A stretch of 44,907 nucleotides of DNA from a virus: IMG/VR virus record IMGVR_UViG_3300005826_000023. One strand, written 5' to 3'. Below the pieces are notes generated by a model that made no database searches, was not told the origin of the DNA, and saw only the letters and a program-made list of their open reading frames with translations. Of the stretch, positions 44,378-44,907 are shown piece by piece. The position numbers and the translations under genes were made by a program. The first letter of the stretch is position 1, and every line of letters starts with the position of its first letter.

Positions 44378-44907
44378 TGGAAACGCTTGACAACGGCTTT
44401 AATGCCGCTTTCCAGTTCCATCCCGCGGACCAACGGTTGTTGGATATGCGTGGGTACAACCCAGTGGCAGCTTTCGATGAGAGCACCACTGAGTTAATGG
44501 GCGCGCAATTTCAAATGTACGAGAAGCAGCGTAGCTGGCTAGAAAGCGCTGGCTATTTGCTACCAGGGGTATTGCTCTCTGCAATTGACACCTTCGCCGA
44601 ATCGTTTGGTCTCATTGACGATGCGACGATGGAAAATGCGCTCAAGGAGAAATTCCCAGATTTCGGCGATTACTTCAGCGACAATCGGGCTGTCCTCGGT
44701 GCCGTTGGCGATATCGGCGGCGCCTTCGTCCCCGGTATGCTAGCTGTCAAAGCTGTGCGCACGACAGGTGTCATCGGGAAACTGGCCACTCGTGTATTCG
44801 GCGATAAGGCCGCTCCGTTCCTTTCAACGGGCCAGACCAACGCCAAACTTTTCGAGGAAGCCTATCAACGTTCGCGCGTCCTGGCCAGCAAACCCCAGGT
44901 GCGTAAC
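44377..44907 (+). CDS. N-terminal 177 codons of the giant 1,828-aa internal virion protein; continues at base 121 of the window
   Basis: The ATG shares one base with the upstream TAA (TAATG). The frame stays open to the window end and through the 120-bp overlap into 1..5076. Confidence 0.8.
   Translation, partial: METLDNGFNAAFQFHPADQRLLDMRGYNPVAAFDESTTELMGAQFQMYEKQRSWLESAGYLLPGVLLSAIDTFAESFGLIDDATMENALKEKFPDFGDYFSDNRAVLGAVGDIGGAFVPGMLAVKAVRTTGVIGKLATRVFGDKAAPFLSTGQTNAKLFEEAYQRSRVLASKPQVRN
44788..44907. repeat. Terminal redundancy copy 2, identical to 1..120
   Basis: Compared base by base: 120/120 identical. Confidence 0.95.

Larger units (their letters stand above)
1..44907. mobile_element. 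Complete circularly closed dsDNA phage genome. Podovirus-type with a T7-supergroup-like virion module and family A DNA polymerase; no phage RNAP or integrase. Unique length 44,787 bp
   Basis: Exact 120-bp overlap of the window ends. Full complement of terminase, portal, scaffold, capsid, tail, ejection, replication and lysis genes. No tape measure, sheath or major tail tube genes. Confidence 0.85.

Overview
The window is one complete, circularly closed dsDNA phage genome. Bases 1-120 are identical to 44788-44907, so the unique length is 44,787 bp. This overlap lies inside a giant ORF, so it is a circular-assembly overlap rather than a physical terminal repeat.

Layout:
- A gene-free hub at about 24.3-24.9 kb carries two divergent sigma70-type promoters.
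- The leftward arm (minus strand, 24290 down to 5166) encodes unknown early proteins, a RecD/Dda-like helicase, a holin-like protein with an SLT transglycosylase, a recombination block (Cas4-like nuclease, AAA_24/Sak4-like ATPase, DUF669-like protein), family A DNA polymerase, dNMP kinase, a MazG-like protein, a DUF3987-type P-loop protein and a spanin-like pair.
- The rightward arm (plus strand, 25060 onward, wrapping to 5076) has three small early genes and a terminator. A 630-bp highly structured non-coding tract follows. After it come terS, terL, portal, scaffold, capsid, adaptor/tail genes, two fibre-like genes and a 136/281/734/1828-aa ejection-protein series that parallels T7 gp13-16.

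I saw no tape measure, sheath, phage RNAP, integrase, repressor, tRNA, CRISPR array or reverse transcriptase, so this looks like a virulent podovirus of a Gram-negative host.

Most interesting observations:
1. A consensus promoter, a roughly 148-nt strongly folded non-coding transcript and an intrinsic terminator lie between two gene blocks at 17987-18171. This is a candidate phage sRNA or antitermination checkpoint.
2. The tract upstream of terS contains a cluster of GCTTCGC/GCGAAGC mini-hairpin motifs, direct repeats and palindromes.
3. The promoter hub carries TTGGCA-centred palindromes and tandem pentamers.
4. The replication module has no recognisable primase.

All protein family names come from motifs read by eye. 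No database search was run.
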